The translations under genes and the position numbers were made by a program. From positions 1-19,667 of the forward strand of contig JAYTHY010000132.1 in NCBI GenBank assembly GCA_043732185.1: DNA of 19,667 nucleotides. Reading direction: 5' to 3'. How positions within the stretch are numbered: position 1 is the first letter of the stretch; each line of letters opens with the position of its first letter. This document shows, piece by piece, positions 1 to 8,213 of the stretch. Under the pieces are notes generated by a model, which made no database searches, was not told where the DNA came from, and was given only the letters and a program-made list of their open reading frames with translations. This DNA is from Fibrobacteria bacterium. GTDB lineage: Bacteria; Fibrobacterota; Fibrobacteria; UBA11236.

Positions 1-256
1 AAATTTTGATGACCCATAAAATCAACAAATCCCTTGCCTACATTGGCCTACAGGACATTTCGGTCGCTATTTCACCCACTCGATCGCCCGAAGAGCCAAT
101 ATTATTAACCTGCATACACTCCCGCACCTTGGCAAGCCAATCTCTCCTTTTTCACAAATTTAGAAACATTTGGCTTCGCCTTTATGCTGTTCATTTCTTT
201 AACCTGCGAATCCTAGACGTTCCCTTAAAGCTTGTTCCCAAGTTTTTTTGAGGCAT

Positions 257-274
257 TGTGATGGTGTGCACACC
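257..274. promoter_or_regulatory. Candidate regulator site upstream of intI (CRP/FNR-family-like box overlapping a 12-bp palindrome)
   Basis: TGTGA-tggtgt-GCACA (257-272) matches TGTGA-N6-TCACA at 9/10 positions. GGTGTGCACACC (263-274) is a perfect palindrome. Confidence 0.4.
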
Positions 275-402
275 TTCCTTTTTCAATTTGGATTTTATTT
301 AATCTTGGAAACGGCGAAAAGGTGTTTTTTGCTGGGGGTTTTTTGGATTGATACGTTGCGGGTCATTTGATTGAACCGCTATGGAAGGGATGGGGGTGGA
401 AG

Positions 403-1836
403 ATGGAGAATCGTGGGTCGTTCGTGGAGTTAGTGGGGAGGTATAGGGGTGTTTTGGCGTTGGAGTCTGGGATATCGGTTCATCATCGGGAATTTTATAT
501 CAAGTGGCTGTTGGATTATTTGTTTTTTTGTCGGCCGCGCGAATTGGCTATTTGTGAGTCGCACAACCTTCCGCCATTTACTGAGCATTTACGGAAAAGC
601 GGGAGGCTAGATTTTCAGATTAGGCAGGCTCAGGCTGCGGTGCGCTTGTACTGGATACGGTTTTGCCTATCCGATGAAAATCGTGGAAAAATTAAGGATT
701 CAGTTGAGGGTAGCCTTAACAGTAGAGGTGACGAGAAGCATAGGGATCGTGAACCGGATTCGGATTTGAAGGTGGGCAGGGAAACCAATTCGTTTTCGGA
801 TAATACAAGTTCTGTTCATTCTGGGCTTCCCAGTAGTAGGACCAAGGATCAGGTTGTTGCTTCGCATCAGGATGCGATGAGTTGGCATGTGGAGATGCAT
901 CGATTGCGCATGGAGATTAAGCTTCGTCATTATTCTGTTAAAACCTTGAAGGCGTATGTTTTTTGGGTGCGGACTTTTGCCAAGTATTTGAAAACTCGGT
1001 TGCCGGCGAGTTTGCGTGAGGAAGATGCAAAGAAATTTCTGGTTTATTTAGCGACGGAGGAAAAGGTTTCCGGTTCCACTCAAAACCAGGCTTTTAGTGC
1101 TTTGCTGTTTTTTTATACCAAGGTGCTGAGGCTTGAGTTTCGAGGCTTGCAGGATACGCCCAGAGCCAAATCCAGCATGACTGTGCCTACGGTGCTTTCC
1201 CGGAATGAAGTGCATTCGATTTTGGCGGAACTGGATGGTGTGCACAAAATATTTGCGCAATTGATGTATGGATGTGGGCTTCGGTTGGGTGAGGCTTTGA
1301 CGCTTCGGGTTCAGGATTTGGATTTGGATGCTGGGGGTCTAACTGTTTTTAATGGTAAAGGAAATAAGAGTCGCTGTTTGCCGTTGCCCAAGAAGCTGAT
1401 TCCGGCTTTGCAGATCCATCTTGATGAAATCCGGGTGCTTTGGGAAAGGGATTTGGCGGGAGGGTATGCGGGCGTTGTTATTCAAGATTCACTGACTAGG
1501 AAAATGCCTAATGCCGCTCGGGAGTGGCCGTGGCAGTGGGTTTTTCCTTCAACGCGATTGGTACTGATTGAAGGGGAAGGGAAATTTAGGCGCTTTCATT
1601 GGCATGAATCGATAGTCCAAAAAGAGTTCAAGCGAGCTGCGGGAGTTTTGCAGCTGAACAAACGGGTGACACCACATACGTTACGGCATAGTTTTGCTAC
1701 GCATTTGTTGCAGATGGGATATGATATTCGCACGGTTCAGGAACTCATGGGGCATAACGATGTGTCTACCACCATGATTTATACACATGCCGTACAATCC
1801 CTTTCCGGCAAAGTCATCAGCCCGCTCGATATTTAA
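403..1836 (+). CDS. intI: Integron integrase (tyrosine recombinase), long form with N-terminal extension
   Basis: IntI motifs: RHYSVKTLKAYVFW, VSGSTQNQAFSALLFFY, LMYGCGLRLGE (catalytic R), GKGNKSR (K), the IntI-specific insertion REWPWQWVFPS...RRFHWHES, HTLRHSFATHLL (HxxR), LMGH...TTMIYTH (H, Y) and C-terminal SPLD. The ORF opens at TTG 367; ATG 403 follows a G-rich SD-like stretch (ggggtgga) and is preferred. Confidence 0.96.
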   Translation: MENRGSFVELVGRYRGVLALESGISVHHREFYIKWLLDYLFFCRPRELAICESHNLPPFTEHLRKSGRLDFQIRQAQAAVRLYWIRFCLSDENRGKIKDSVEGSLNSRGDEKHRDREPDSDLKVGRETNSFSDNTSSVHSGLPSSRTKDQVVASHQDAMSWHVEMHRLRMEIKLRHYSVKTLKAYVFWVRTFAKYLKTRLPASLREEDAKKFLVYLATEEKVSGSTQNQAFSALLFFYTKVLRLEFRGLQDTPRAKSSMTVPTVLSRNEVHSILAELDGVHKIFAQLMYGCGLRLGEALTLRVQDLDLDAGGLTVFNGKGNKSRCLPLPKKLIPALQIHLDEIRVLWERDLAGGYAGVVIQDSLTRKMPNAAREWPWQWVFPSTRLVLIEGEGKFRRFHWHESIVQKEFKRAAGVLQLNKRVTPHTLRHSFATHLLQMGYDIRTVQELMGHNDVSTTMIYTHAVQSLSGKVISPLDI

Positions 1837-1851
1837 AGCGAACCGATTCTT

Positions 1852-4800
1852 TTAGGGCTCGGCGTCGTACGTATGAACGCCCATGCCCATGCGTTCCTTG
1901 CGTTTTTCCCATGAGTAATAGAACGTTGGCACCACTACCAGCACCAGCAAGGTGTTGAAGAGCAGACCCCAAAAAATTCCCCAGGCCATGGGTGCCCACC
2001 AAAGTGAGGATTCACTTTTCAGTTCGATGCCGAAATTGATAAAGTCGATGCCTTTTCCTGTGGCCATGGGTAGGAGTCCAATCATCGCGGTGATGGCGGT
2101 TAAGAGTACGGGGCGCAGCCGGGTCGCGCCGCCTTTAATTACCGCTTCGCGTAAGGGGGTGCCTTGCCTTCTGAGATGGTTGATGAAGTCGATAAGTACG
2201 ATGCCGTTTTTGGCCACCACACCTGCTAAGGCGATAATACCGATTCCCGTCATCATGATGGCGAAGGTGGTGTGCACGATGAGCAATCCCCAGAAAACGC
2301 CTCCCAAAGAAAGGATGATGCCTATTAGCACCAGGAAAGGTTGTAGCACGGAATTGAACTGGGCCACCATAGTTAGGAACACTAGGGATACGGCGATGAA
2401 GAAAGCGCGTTTTAGAAATGCTGTCGTTTCGTCCTGTTCTCGATTGCTGCTTCCGGACTGTATTTTGTATCCGGGAGGGGCGCTGATTTTGGCGATGAGA
2501 TCGGCGGAAGCTTTCTTCGCTACGCTTTCATCTTTGACACCTGGAGCCATTTCTGCCCAAACCTGGATGGTGCGGTCTCCGTTCAAATGGTTGATTTTGG
2601 CAAGGCTCGCGCCCTGGGTGATACGTACCATTGAGGTTAACGGCACTATCGTACCTTCGTGTGGCACCGTGATTTGATCAAGCCCGGAGAAGGATTCACG
2701 GGTTTTGGGATCGAGTCGGATCATCACATTGTATTCGTCTTTACCTTGCCGGTATTTGGCGGCTTCTATCCCGTGGATGGAGCCTCGCACGGCCATGGCC
2801 ACATCGGCAGTGGTGACGCCCATCAGCATCGCTTGTTCGCGGTCGATATCGACGCGCAGCTCCGGCCTCACGGGCTCATAATCCCAGTCAATGTTGACCA
2901 AGTTTGGAACGGTGCGCAGCTTGGCCTTGATATCCTCGGCCAGCTTGCTCAGCTCGGCAAAATCTTCGCCGGTTACTTCATAGGAAACCGGGAAACCTTG
3001 CGGTGGCCCTTCTTGCTGCTGCTTGACATTTACTTTCCATCCTGGCAAAAGGTCCTTGGAATGATTTTCCATCCACGTCATGGATTTCCAGGAGGACACC
3101 TTGCGTTCGTTATAATCCACAAAGCCAACATCAAGATAGGCCTTGTTCGATTCCGGGGTGCGATCCCCACCCATGGCTGTTTTTCCAAAGCCAACCACAC
3201 CAGAGAAACTTTCCACATCGGCGCTGTCTTCGGGCATGGTAAACATTCTTGCTTCGATGATTTTTAGAGCCGAATCCGTTTCGTTGATATCAATGCCCAG
3301 CGGACCTTCCACATCGACGGCTACTACCAGCGGATCGATTTTTGGGAAGAACACCACTCCGGTTCCAAATTTACCGTAAGCCATAATGCCGCCTACTACA
3401 AACATGACGCAGAACAGGGTGATTAACCAAGGATGCCGCAAGGCTTTATCCAGCACGCCGCTGTACCAATTCTTTACTTTTTCAAAACGTTCTCCGCCAC
3501 CCTCTTCCATGCCTTTGGCATTGGAGTTCATAAACAGAGAAGCAAATACTGGATTAAAAACAAATGCCACGAATAAGGATCCGGCCAAGGTAACCGATAC
3601 GGTAATCGGCAGATATTTGAAAAACTGACCCATCATGCCCGGCATTAACAATAGCGGAAGAAACGCAAATATCGTCGTCAAGGTGGCCGTCGCCACGGGT
3701 AACATCACTTCCTTGGTCCCATCCACCGCAGCTTGGGCTTTGGTTTTTCCCATTTGTAAATGCCGGTAAATATTTTCCACGACTACGATGCCATCGTCCA
3801 CCAGCATGCCTAGTCCTATGACTAAGGAAAACAGAACCACCATGTTCAGGGTAACGCCCATATAATCGAGCACCAAGAATCCCATCATCATTGAGAAGGG
3901 AATGGCGGTGGAGATGAAAAAGCTGTTGCGAACGCCGAGGAAGAAGGAAAGTATGAGTACGACTAGGACAAGACCGGTGAGAATATGGTTTTGTAATTCG
4001 CGCGCCATACGACGGATGGCAACGCTCTGATCGAATGTGTAATTGATATGGGTGCCTTCTGGCCAAGTGAGCCGCAGCTCTTCCACGGTTCTTTTGGCTT
4101 CATCGACAAGATCGACAATGTTGGAGCCGCCCCGTTTGGTGACGGCGATGGCCTGTGAATTCTTGCCGTGCAATCGGAATACGGTATTGCGATCCCGTGC
4201 ATATCCAAAATGGACATTGGCCACATCGCGAACGCGCACCAGGCTGGCGCCGCTTCCGCGCACTACCAGTTCGCCGAATTTATCGGGATCGGTGAGCTCG
4301 CCGGTTAACTGTACGGAAAATCGGCTGCCTCCCGCTTTGAGCGTGCCGCCCGGGATATTGCGATGCTGGCCTTGCACGGTTTTCATTAAATCATTAAGGC
4401 TAACACCGTATTGACGCAAGCGGGCGGGGTCGGCGTCGATGGCCACTTCTTTTTCCTGCTTGCCGGTGATGGTCGCGTCGAGAACGCCGGGAATGGATTT
4501 GACCTTGTCCTTGAGTTCTTCCACCAGTCGATCGAGTTTCTCGCTTTCATAGTCGCCGGATAGAGACATAACAAAGATTGGGATGTTGGAAAAATTGAGC
4601 TCTTGAACCATCGGTTCTTCGGCATCTGCAGGCAAGTCTGGTTTGGCTTCGTCCACCTTGTCCTTGACGCGGCGCAAAGCGGTTTCCACTTTCACATCGG
4701 CATTGAATTCAACCTGTATGGAACCGATGCTTTCTTTGGATTGGCTGGAAATCTTTTTGACTCCGTCCATTCCCTCGAGCTTGTCTTCGATTTTTTTGGT

Positions 4801-4983
4801 GACGGTTTTTTCAATGTCTTCCGGGGAGGCGCCTGGATAGACCACGTTGACAAAGATGAGGGGAATCTTCACTTCCGGGAAGGATTCCAAAGGCATGTTT
4901 TTATACGACATGGATCCGGCTAGGAGCAGGATAACCGCCAGCACGAGCACGGTGACGGGGTTTTTTACGGCAAACTTTGTCAT
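1852..4983 (-). CDS. RND efflux permease, AcrB/AcrD/AcrF family
   Basis: 1043 aa with a two-repeat RND layout. N-terminal FPEVKIP...YPGASPEDIEKTVT; TM4 GMLVDDGIVVVENI; TM10 VAKNGIVLIDF; TM11 RLRPVLLTA, so the proton-relay residues are intact. SD GGAG lies 7 nt before the ATG. Confidence 0.96.
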   Translation of the reverse strand: MTKFAVKNPVTVLVLAVILLLAGSMSYKNMPLESFPEVKIPLIFVNVVYPGASPEDIEKTVTKKIEDKLEGMDGVKKISSQSKESIGSIQVEFNADVKVETALRRVKDKVDEAKPDLPADAEEPMVQELNFSNIPIFVMSLSGDYESEKLDRLVEELKDKVKSIPGVLDATITGKQEKEVAIDADPARLRQYGVSLNDLMKTVQGQHRNIPGGTLKAGGSRFSVQLTGELTDPDKFGELVVRGSGASLVRVRDVANVHFGYARDRNTVFRLHGKNSQAIAVTKRGGSNIVDLVDEAKRTVEELRLTWPEGTHINYTFDQSVAIRRMARELQNHILTGLVLVVLILSFFLGVRNSFFISTAIPFSMMMGFLVLDYMGVTLNMVVLFSLVIGLGMLVDDGIVVVENIYRHLQMGKTKAQAAVDGTKEVMLPVATATLTTIFAFLPLLLMPGMMGQFFKYLPITVSVTLAGSLFVAFVFNPVFASLFMNSNAKGMEEGGGERFEKVKNWYSGVLDKALRHPWLITLFCVMFVVGGIMAYGKFGTGVVFFPKIDPLVVAVDVEGPLGIDINETDSALKIIEARMFTMPEDSADVESFSGVVGFGKTAMGGDRTPESNKAYLDVGFVDYNERKVSSWKSMTWMENHSKDLLPGWKVNVKQQQEGPPQGFPVSYEVTGEDFAELSKLAEDIKAKLRTVPNLVNIDWDYEPVRPELRVDIDREQAMLMGVTTADVAMAVRGSIHGIEAAKYRQGKDEYNVMIRLDPKTRESFSGLDQITVPHEGTIVPLTSMVRITQGASLAKINHLNGDRTIQVWAEMAPGVKDESVAKKASADLIAKISAPPGYKIQSGSSNREQDETTAFLKRAFFIAVSLVFLTMVAQFNSVLQPFLVLIGIILSLGGVFWGLLIVHTTFAIMMTGIGIIALAGVVAKNGIVLIDFINHLRRQGTPLREAVIKGGATRLRPVLLTAITAMIGLLPMATGKGIDFINFGIELKSESSLWWAPMAWGIFWGLLFNTLLVLVVVPTFYYSWEKRKERMGMGVHTYDAEP

Positions 4984-4995
4984 GGATAGACTCCC

Positions 4996-5043
4996 TGTAA
5001 ACTTTTTACACCCCGGCAGCGCCTAGTGTTGGAACCGGGTTCC
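4996..5043. repeat. Two short inverted repeats in the MFP-RND intergenic spacer
   Basis: TGTAAA-ctt-TTTACA (4996-5010) abuts the SD of the RND gene. GGAACC-g-GGTTCC lies at 5031-5043. Confidence 0.5.
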
Positions 5044-5070
5044 TGTTTAATACTGGACCTGAGTTCCTAT

Positions 5071-6144
5071 TTAAAACTGAACCGGGGTTCCAGTGGACAC
5101 CTGGAAGGCGCCAACGGTGATGAGCATGTCACCCACTGTTAGGCCTGCTTCCACGACCACAGAATCACCCGAAGCGGGGCCCAGGTTTACCGGCACTTGC
5201 ACGGCCTTGCCATCTCTAACCAACATGGCCATGGTGCCATCTTGCAACCGCAAAATTGCCGTCGAGGGCACGACCACAGCTTGAGCATATTTTTTCCGAA
5301 GGATCCGTGTGCGGCCTACCATTCCCGGTCGGAGTACGTTGCCGGAGTTGGGAATGTCGATGCGGGCCATCACGGTGCGGTTCTTGGCTTCCACAGCGCG
5401 GTCAATGCTTTTGAGTTTGCCGGAAAAAGTCCGAGCGGTATCTTGTACCTGACTGAACTCGGCGCTTTGGCCTTCATGAAAATCGCGGGCTTCCGCTTCC
5501 GGAATCGAAACCACGGCCTCTAAACGTGACGTTGCAGCCAGACGCACGGTGGGTTGGCCCGGCGCCACGGTTTGATAGCGTTCGATCATACGACTGACCA
5601 TCACCCCACTAAAAGGTGCCTGACAGCGACTGTCTTCATAGGCCCGCTGCGCTTGCAGCATGGCAACGCGCGCTTGCTGGAAGCCAAACTCCGCCTGATC
5701 TTTTACGGCTTTGCCTACAAAACCTTTTTCCACATTCACTTTTTGCCGATCGACTTCTCCATTGGCCACTTCCACCGCGGACTTGGCTTGCATGAGCATA
5801 GCCAGGTAGCGATCGCTTTCGATATTGCACAGAGCTTGACCCGCTTTCACGGCCTTGCCCACTTCTACCACGCTGGCTACGCGTCCGCCTTGCATGGGGG
5901 CGGCCAAGGTGGCGTCATCGGAGCCGCGCAAATCTGCGCTGTAATTGCCCCAATCTTCAAAGGCGTGAGCGGAGACGGCAACCGCCACCACGCGAATCGA
6001 AGCTTTTGCGGCAGACGATGCATCTTTGCCGTCCTTGTCTGCACCAGCTTTCTTTTTTTCGCAGCCGACCAAAGTCAGAGTGGCAGTAAGTGCCAGCGTA
6101 GCGGCCAAGGCCAAGGTGATTGATTTTGTGGTAGAGAAATTCAT
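5071..6144 (-). CDS. RND periplasmic adaptor (membrane fusion protein), predicted lipoprotein
   Basis: Lipobox LVGC after a hydrophobic signal. Lipoyl/hairpin motifs G..VKAGQAL and QAPFSGVM, then LRPGM and VVVPSTAI. SD GAGGAG. 4-nt overlap with the tolC-like gene. Confidence 0.95.
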   Translation of the reverse strand: MNFSTTKSITLALAATLALTATLTLVGCEKKKAGADKDGKDASSAAKASIRVVAVAVSAHAFEDWGNYSADLRGSDDATLAAPMQGGRVASVVEVGKAVKAGQALCNIESDRYLAMLMQAKSAVEVANGEVDRQKVNVEKGFVGKAVKDQAEFGFQQARVAMLQAQRAYEDSRCQAPFSGVMVSRMIERYQTVAPGQPTVRLAATSRLEAVVSIPEAEARDFHEGQSAEFSQVQDTARTFSGKLKSIDRAVEAKNRTVMARIDIPNSGNVLRPGMVGRTRILRKKYAQAVVVPSTAILRLQDGTMAMLVRDGKAVQVPVNLGPASGDSVVVEAGLTVGDMLITVGAFQVSTGTPVQF

Positions 6145-7463
6145 GGAGTCTCCTCGTTAAGCAAACTTTTACCCAAAGCCAGACGCAGCGCCGCGCGGGA
6201 TCGCACACTGGCATAGCGTGCGCCTAATACACCCAAGGACGCTTCTCGCAGGGATTGTTCCGCATCCAAAAGATCCGTAAGCTGACCCTTGCCGGAACGG
6301 AATTCCGAAGTGACCATGGCTTGCGCTTCTTCTGCAGCGAGTACAGCTTGTTCGGCTGCGGCTAGCGCGGAGTCGGCGGCTTTGTAATCCATATACGCAC
6401 CGCCGATTTCCACCACCGTCAATTTGCGGATTTGCCTGGCCGTTAACCCTAGGGTGCGAGATTCCGATTCCACTTGCTGGGCCTTGGCAGCAAGCGTAAA
6501 GCCGTCAAAAATCGGCCAACGCAAACCAATGCCGATTTGCCATTCATGATTTTTTGCGATATCGCCCAACTGTCTTGTTTTGAAAGCCGTAATACCGTAT
6601 TTCCCTTGCGCGCCCAGTGAAGGCAGATACAACATGCGCAAATATTTTGCTTGCCCTTCTAGAGATTGGCGGTTCAGCTCCATCGATTTTAAGTCAGGCC
6701 TATCGTCGAGAATTGTTTCCATGGCCTTGGCATCGGGAATTGCACCCATGGCAGCGAGCTCCAGGGTTGCACTTTCATCCAGCTCGATGGGCGCATCCAC
6801 TTCCCTACCTAGAATCCGATTTAGAAACATGCGGGCGCCTTCCGCATCGCGTTCGGCATGGATACGCTGTGGTTCCAGGGATTTCAGCGCGGTTAATGCA
6901 CGCAGCACATTGGAGCGGAGGCCCGAACCCATTTTGAAATTGCTTTCCAGAAAAGCCTGCGTTTCCCTGGCTCTTTGTTCGGAGGCTTGCAGGGTTTTCA
7001 GGCGAGCGCGGGAGTTGATCAAGTTGTAATAGGCATCGAGTACTTGCAGTTGCAATTGCTGTACCGAACGCCGCCGCGAAGCAGTTTCGGCATTTTCCTG
7101 TATATTGGCCACTTTGACAACTTGGCTGAGCCTGCCAAAAGAAAACAGGGATTGCTGAAATTCCACATCCCAAGCGAAGCGGTTTTGCTCGACATTAAAA
7201 ACGGACATGGAGTCACTTCCGCCAAAGGGAAACACGGAGGGATCCACTGCGCTCGCGCCTCTGCCAACATTGGCGTTGGCGGTGATTTGCGGATACGCGC
7301 TGGACCAGGCTTCGCGTTTGAGGGCCTCGAACTTTTTCTTTTTTTCTTGGAGGATCAAGGCCTCTTCGCTCTTGGACAAGGATTCGCGGATGGCCGCTTC
7401 CAGGGTCAAGGGCGTGGTCCCGGAGGAAAAGGAAAGGGCAAGGCAAAACAGACTATTTAACAT
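6141..7463 (-). CDS. TolC-family outer membrane efflux protein
   Basis: 440 aa. LTLEAAIR start, two OEP repeats (AYPQIT.../YLPSLG...), QVLDAYYNL, RPDLK, WPIFDG, G.G.LTDLLDAE. Lies between the TetR and MFP genes. Confidence 0.94.
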   Translation of the reverse strand: MLNSLFCLALSFSSGTTPLTLEAAIRESLSKSEEALILQEKKKKFEALKREAWSSAYPQITANANVGRGASAVDPSVFPFGGSDSMSVFNVEQNRFAWDVEFQQSLFSFGRLSQVVKVANIQENAETASRRRSVQQLQLQVLDAYYNLINSRARLKTLQASEQRARETQAFLESNFKMGSGLRSNVLRALTALKSLEPQRIHAERDAEGARMFLNRILGREVDAPIELDESATLELAAMGAIPDAKAMETILDDRPDLKSMELNRQSLEGQAKYLRMLYLPSLGAQGKYGITAFKTRQLGDIAKNHEWQIGIGLRWPIFDGFTLAAKAQQVESESRTLGLTARQIRKLTVVEIGGAYMDYKAADSALAAAEQAVLAAEEAQAMVTSEFRSGKGQLTDLLDAEQSLREASLGVLGARYASVRSRAALRLALGKSLLNEETP

Positions 7464-8157
7464 GGTATTCCGTCCTGGCTTTATCGGTGAGCAAACCCTG
7501 AAACAAGACTTTGACTACGGTGTCAAAGACCTGATTGGGTTTAAAGGGAAGTTCCGAAAGAACTTGCGGATTGAGGATATCCCGCAGCACATGGGCATAG
7601 ATGAGCACAAAAAGTCTTTCGTCCACATCTTTACGGAAGTGGCCTTTTTGCCGCCCTTCCTTGATCAAAGCGCCAAAGTGCGTATTCAAACACGCCTGCC
7701 GTTTGCTTTCAACCTGATTCCAGATTTCCGGGGCATGGCGCTGCAAATCGTACAGCAAAGCGCCGCTCATTTTGGCATAAAGAGCCGTCAAATAATTCAG
7801 ATAACGTTTGAGCTTCGTTAAAGGATCGACGCCTTCCTGCCTACAAATGGCAGTCAGCTCCTGATCGCATTCCTCCAGATGAACACGGGTGACTTCCTGA
7901 AGCAGTTCCTCCTTGCTGGGAAAGAAACGATACAGGGTTTTTTTGCTCATGCCCAACCGCTCGGCAGTTTCGTCCATGGTGACTTGGCTGAAACCCAGGC
8001 GAAAGAAAAGTGCCTGTGCCTCCAGCAAAATGCGTTGCTTGGTATCCACATCGGATTTTGTAGCCGCGATTTTTCTGGGCGTACTTTTTCTGGGCGTACC
8101 TTTGCTGGGAGTGATTTTGGAGCCTGCCGTTTTGGAAGAAGCAAGTATGGCTGTCAT
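7453..8157 (-). CDS. TetR/AcrR-family transcriptional regulator with basic N-terminal tail
   Basis: TKQRILLEAQALFFRLGFSQVTMDETAERLGMSKKTLYRFFPSKEELL is a TetR HTH. First gene of the efflux operon, overlapping tolC by 11 nt. Start is ATG 8157 (GGAAG upstream) or 8172. Confidence 0.95.
   Translation of the reverse strand: MTAILASSKTAGSKITPSKGTPRKSTPRKIAATKSDVDTKQRILLEAQALFFRLGFSQVTMDETAERLGMSKKTLYRFFPSKEELLQEVTRVHLEECDQELTAICRQEGVDPLTKLKRYLNYLTALYAKMSGALLYDLQRHAPEIWNQVESKRQACLNTHFGALIKEGRQKGHFRKDVDERLFVLIYAHVLRDILNPQVLSELPFKPNQVFDTVVKVLFQGLLTDKARTEYHVK
8070..8114. repeat. In-frame 15-bp tandem repeat in the 5' end of the tetR gene
   Basis: TTTTTCTGGGCGTAC occurs twice exactly (8070-8084, 8085-8099), followed by a degenerate third copy CTTTGCTGGGAGTGA (8100-8114). 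It encodes ITPSK-GTPRK-STPRK. Confidence 0.85.
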
Positions 8158-8183
8158 AGGGCTTCCAAACATCCTTAGAAACG

Positions 8184-8213
8184 CAGGAAACTTTCCTGGT
8201 ACTCTCAGTTTCC
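8184..8213. promoter_or_regulatory. Candidate TetR operator of the efflux operon
   Basis: Perfect inverted repeat CAGGAAA-C-TTTCCTG (8184-8198), overlapped by GGAAACT-N14-AGTTTCC (8186-8213), just upstream of tetR. A possible minus-strand promoter TTGCCA(8243-8238)-N18-TACCTT(8219-8214) abuts it. Confidence 0.6.

Noticed and set aside
6..251. 81-aa plus-strand ORF upstream of intI
   Set aside because: No recognisable motif or SD, and it lies in the expected attI/promoter zone; probably spurious.
5020..5070. Possible attC site in the MFP-RND spacer
   Set aside because: There are short palindromes, but no properly paired RYYYAAC/GTTRRRY boxes with L boxes.
1852..8157. Efflux operon as integron cassette cargo
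   Set aside because: It lies 3' of intI, has its own regulator and overlapping genes, and no attC separates the genes. It looks like a chromosomal neighbour.
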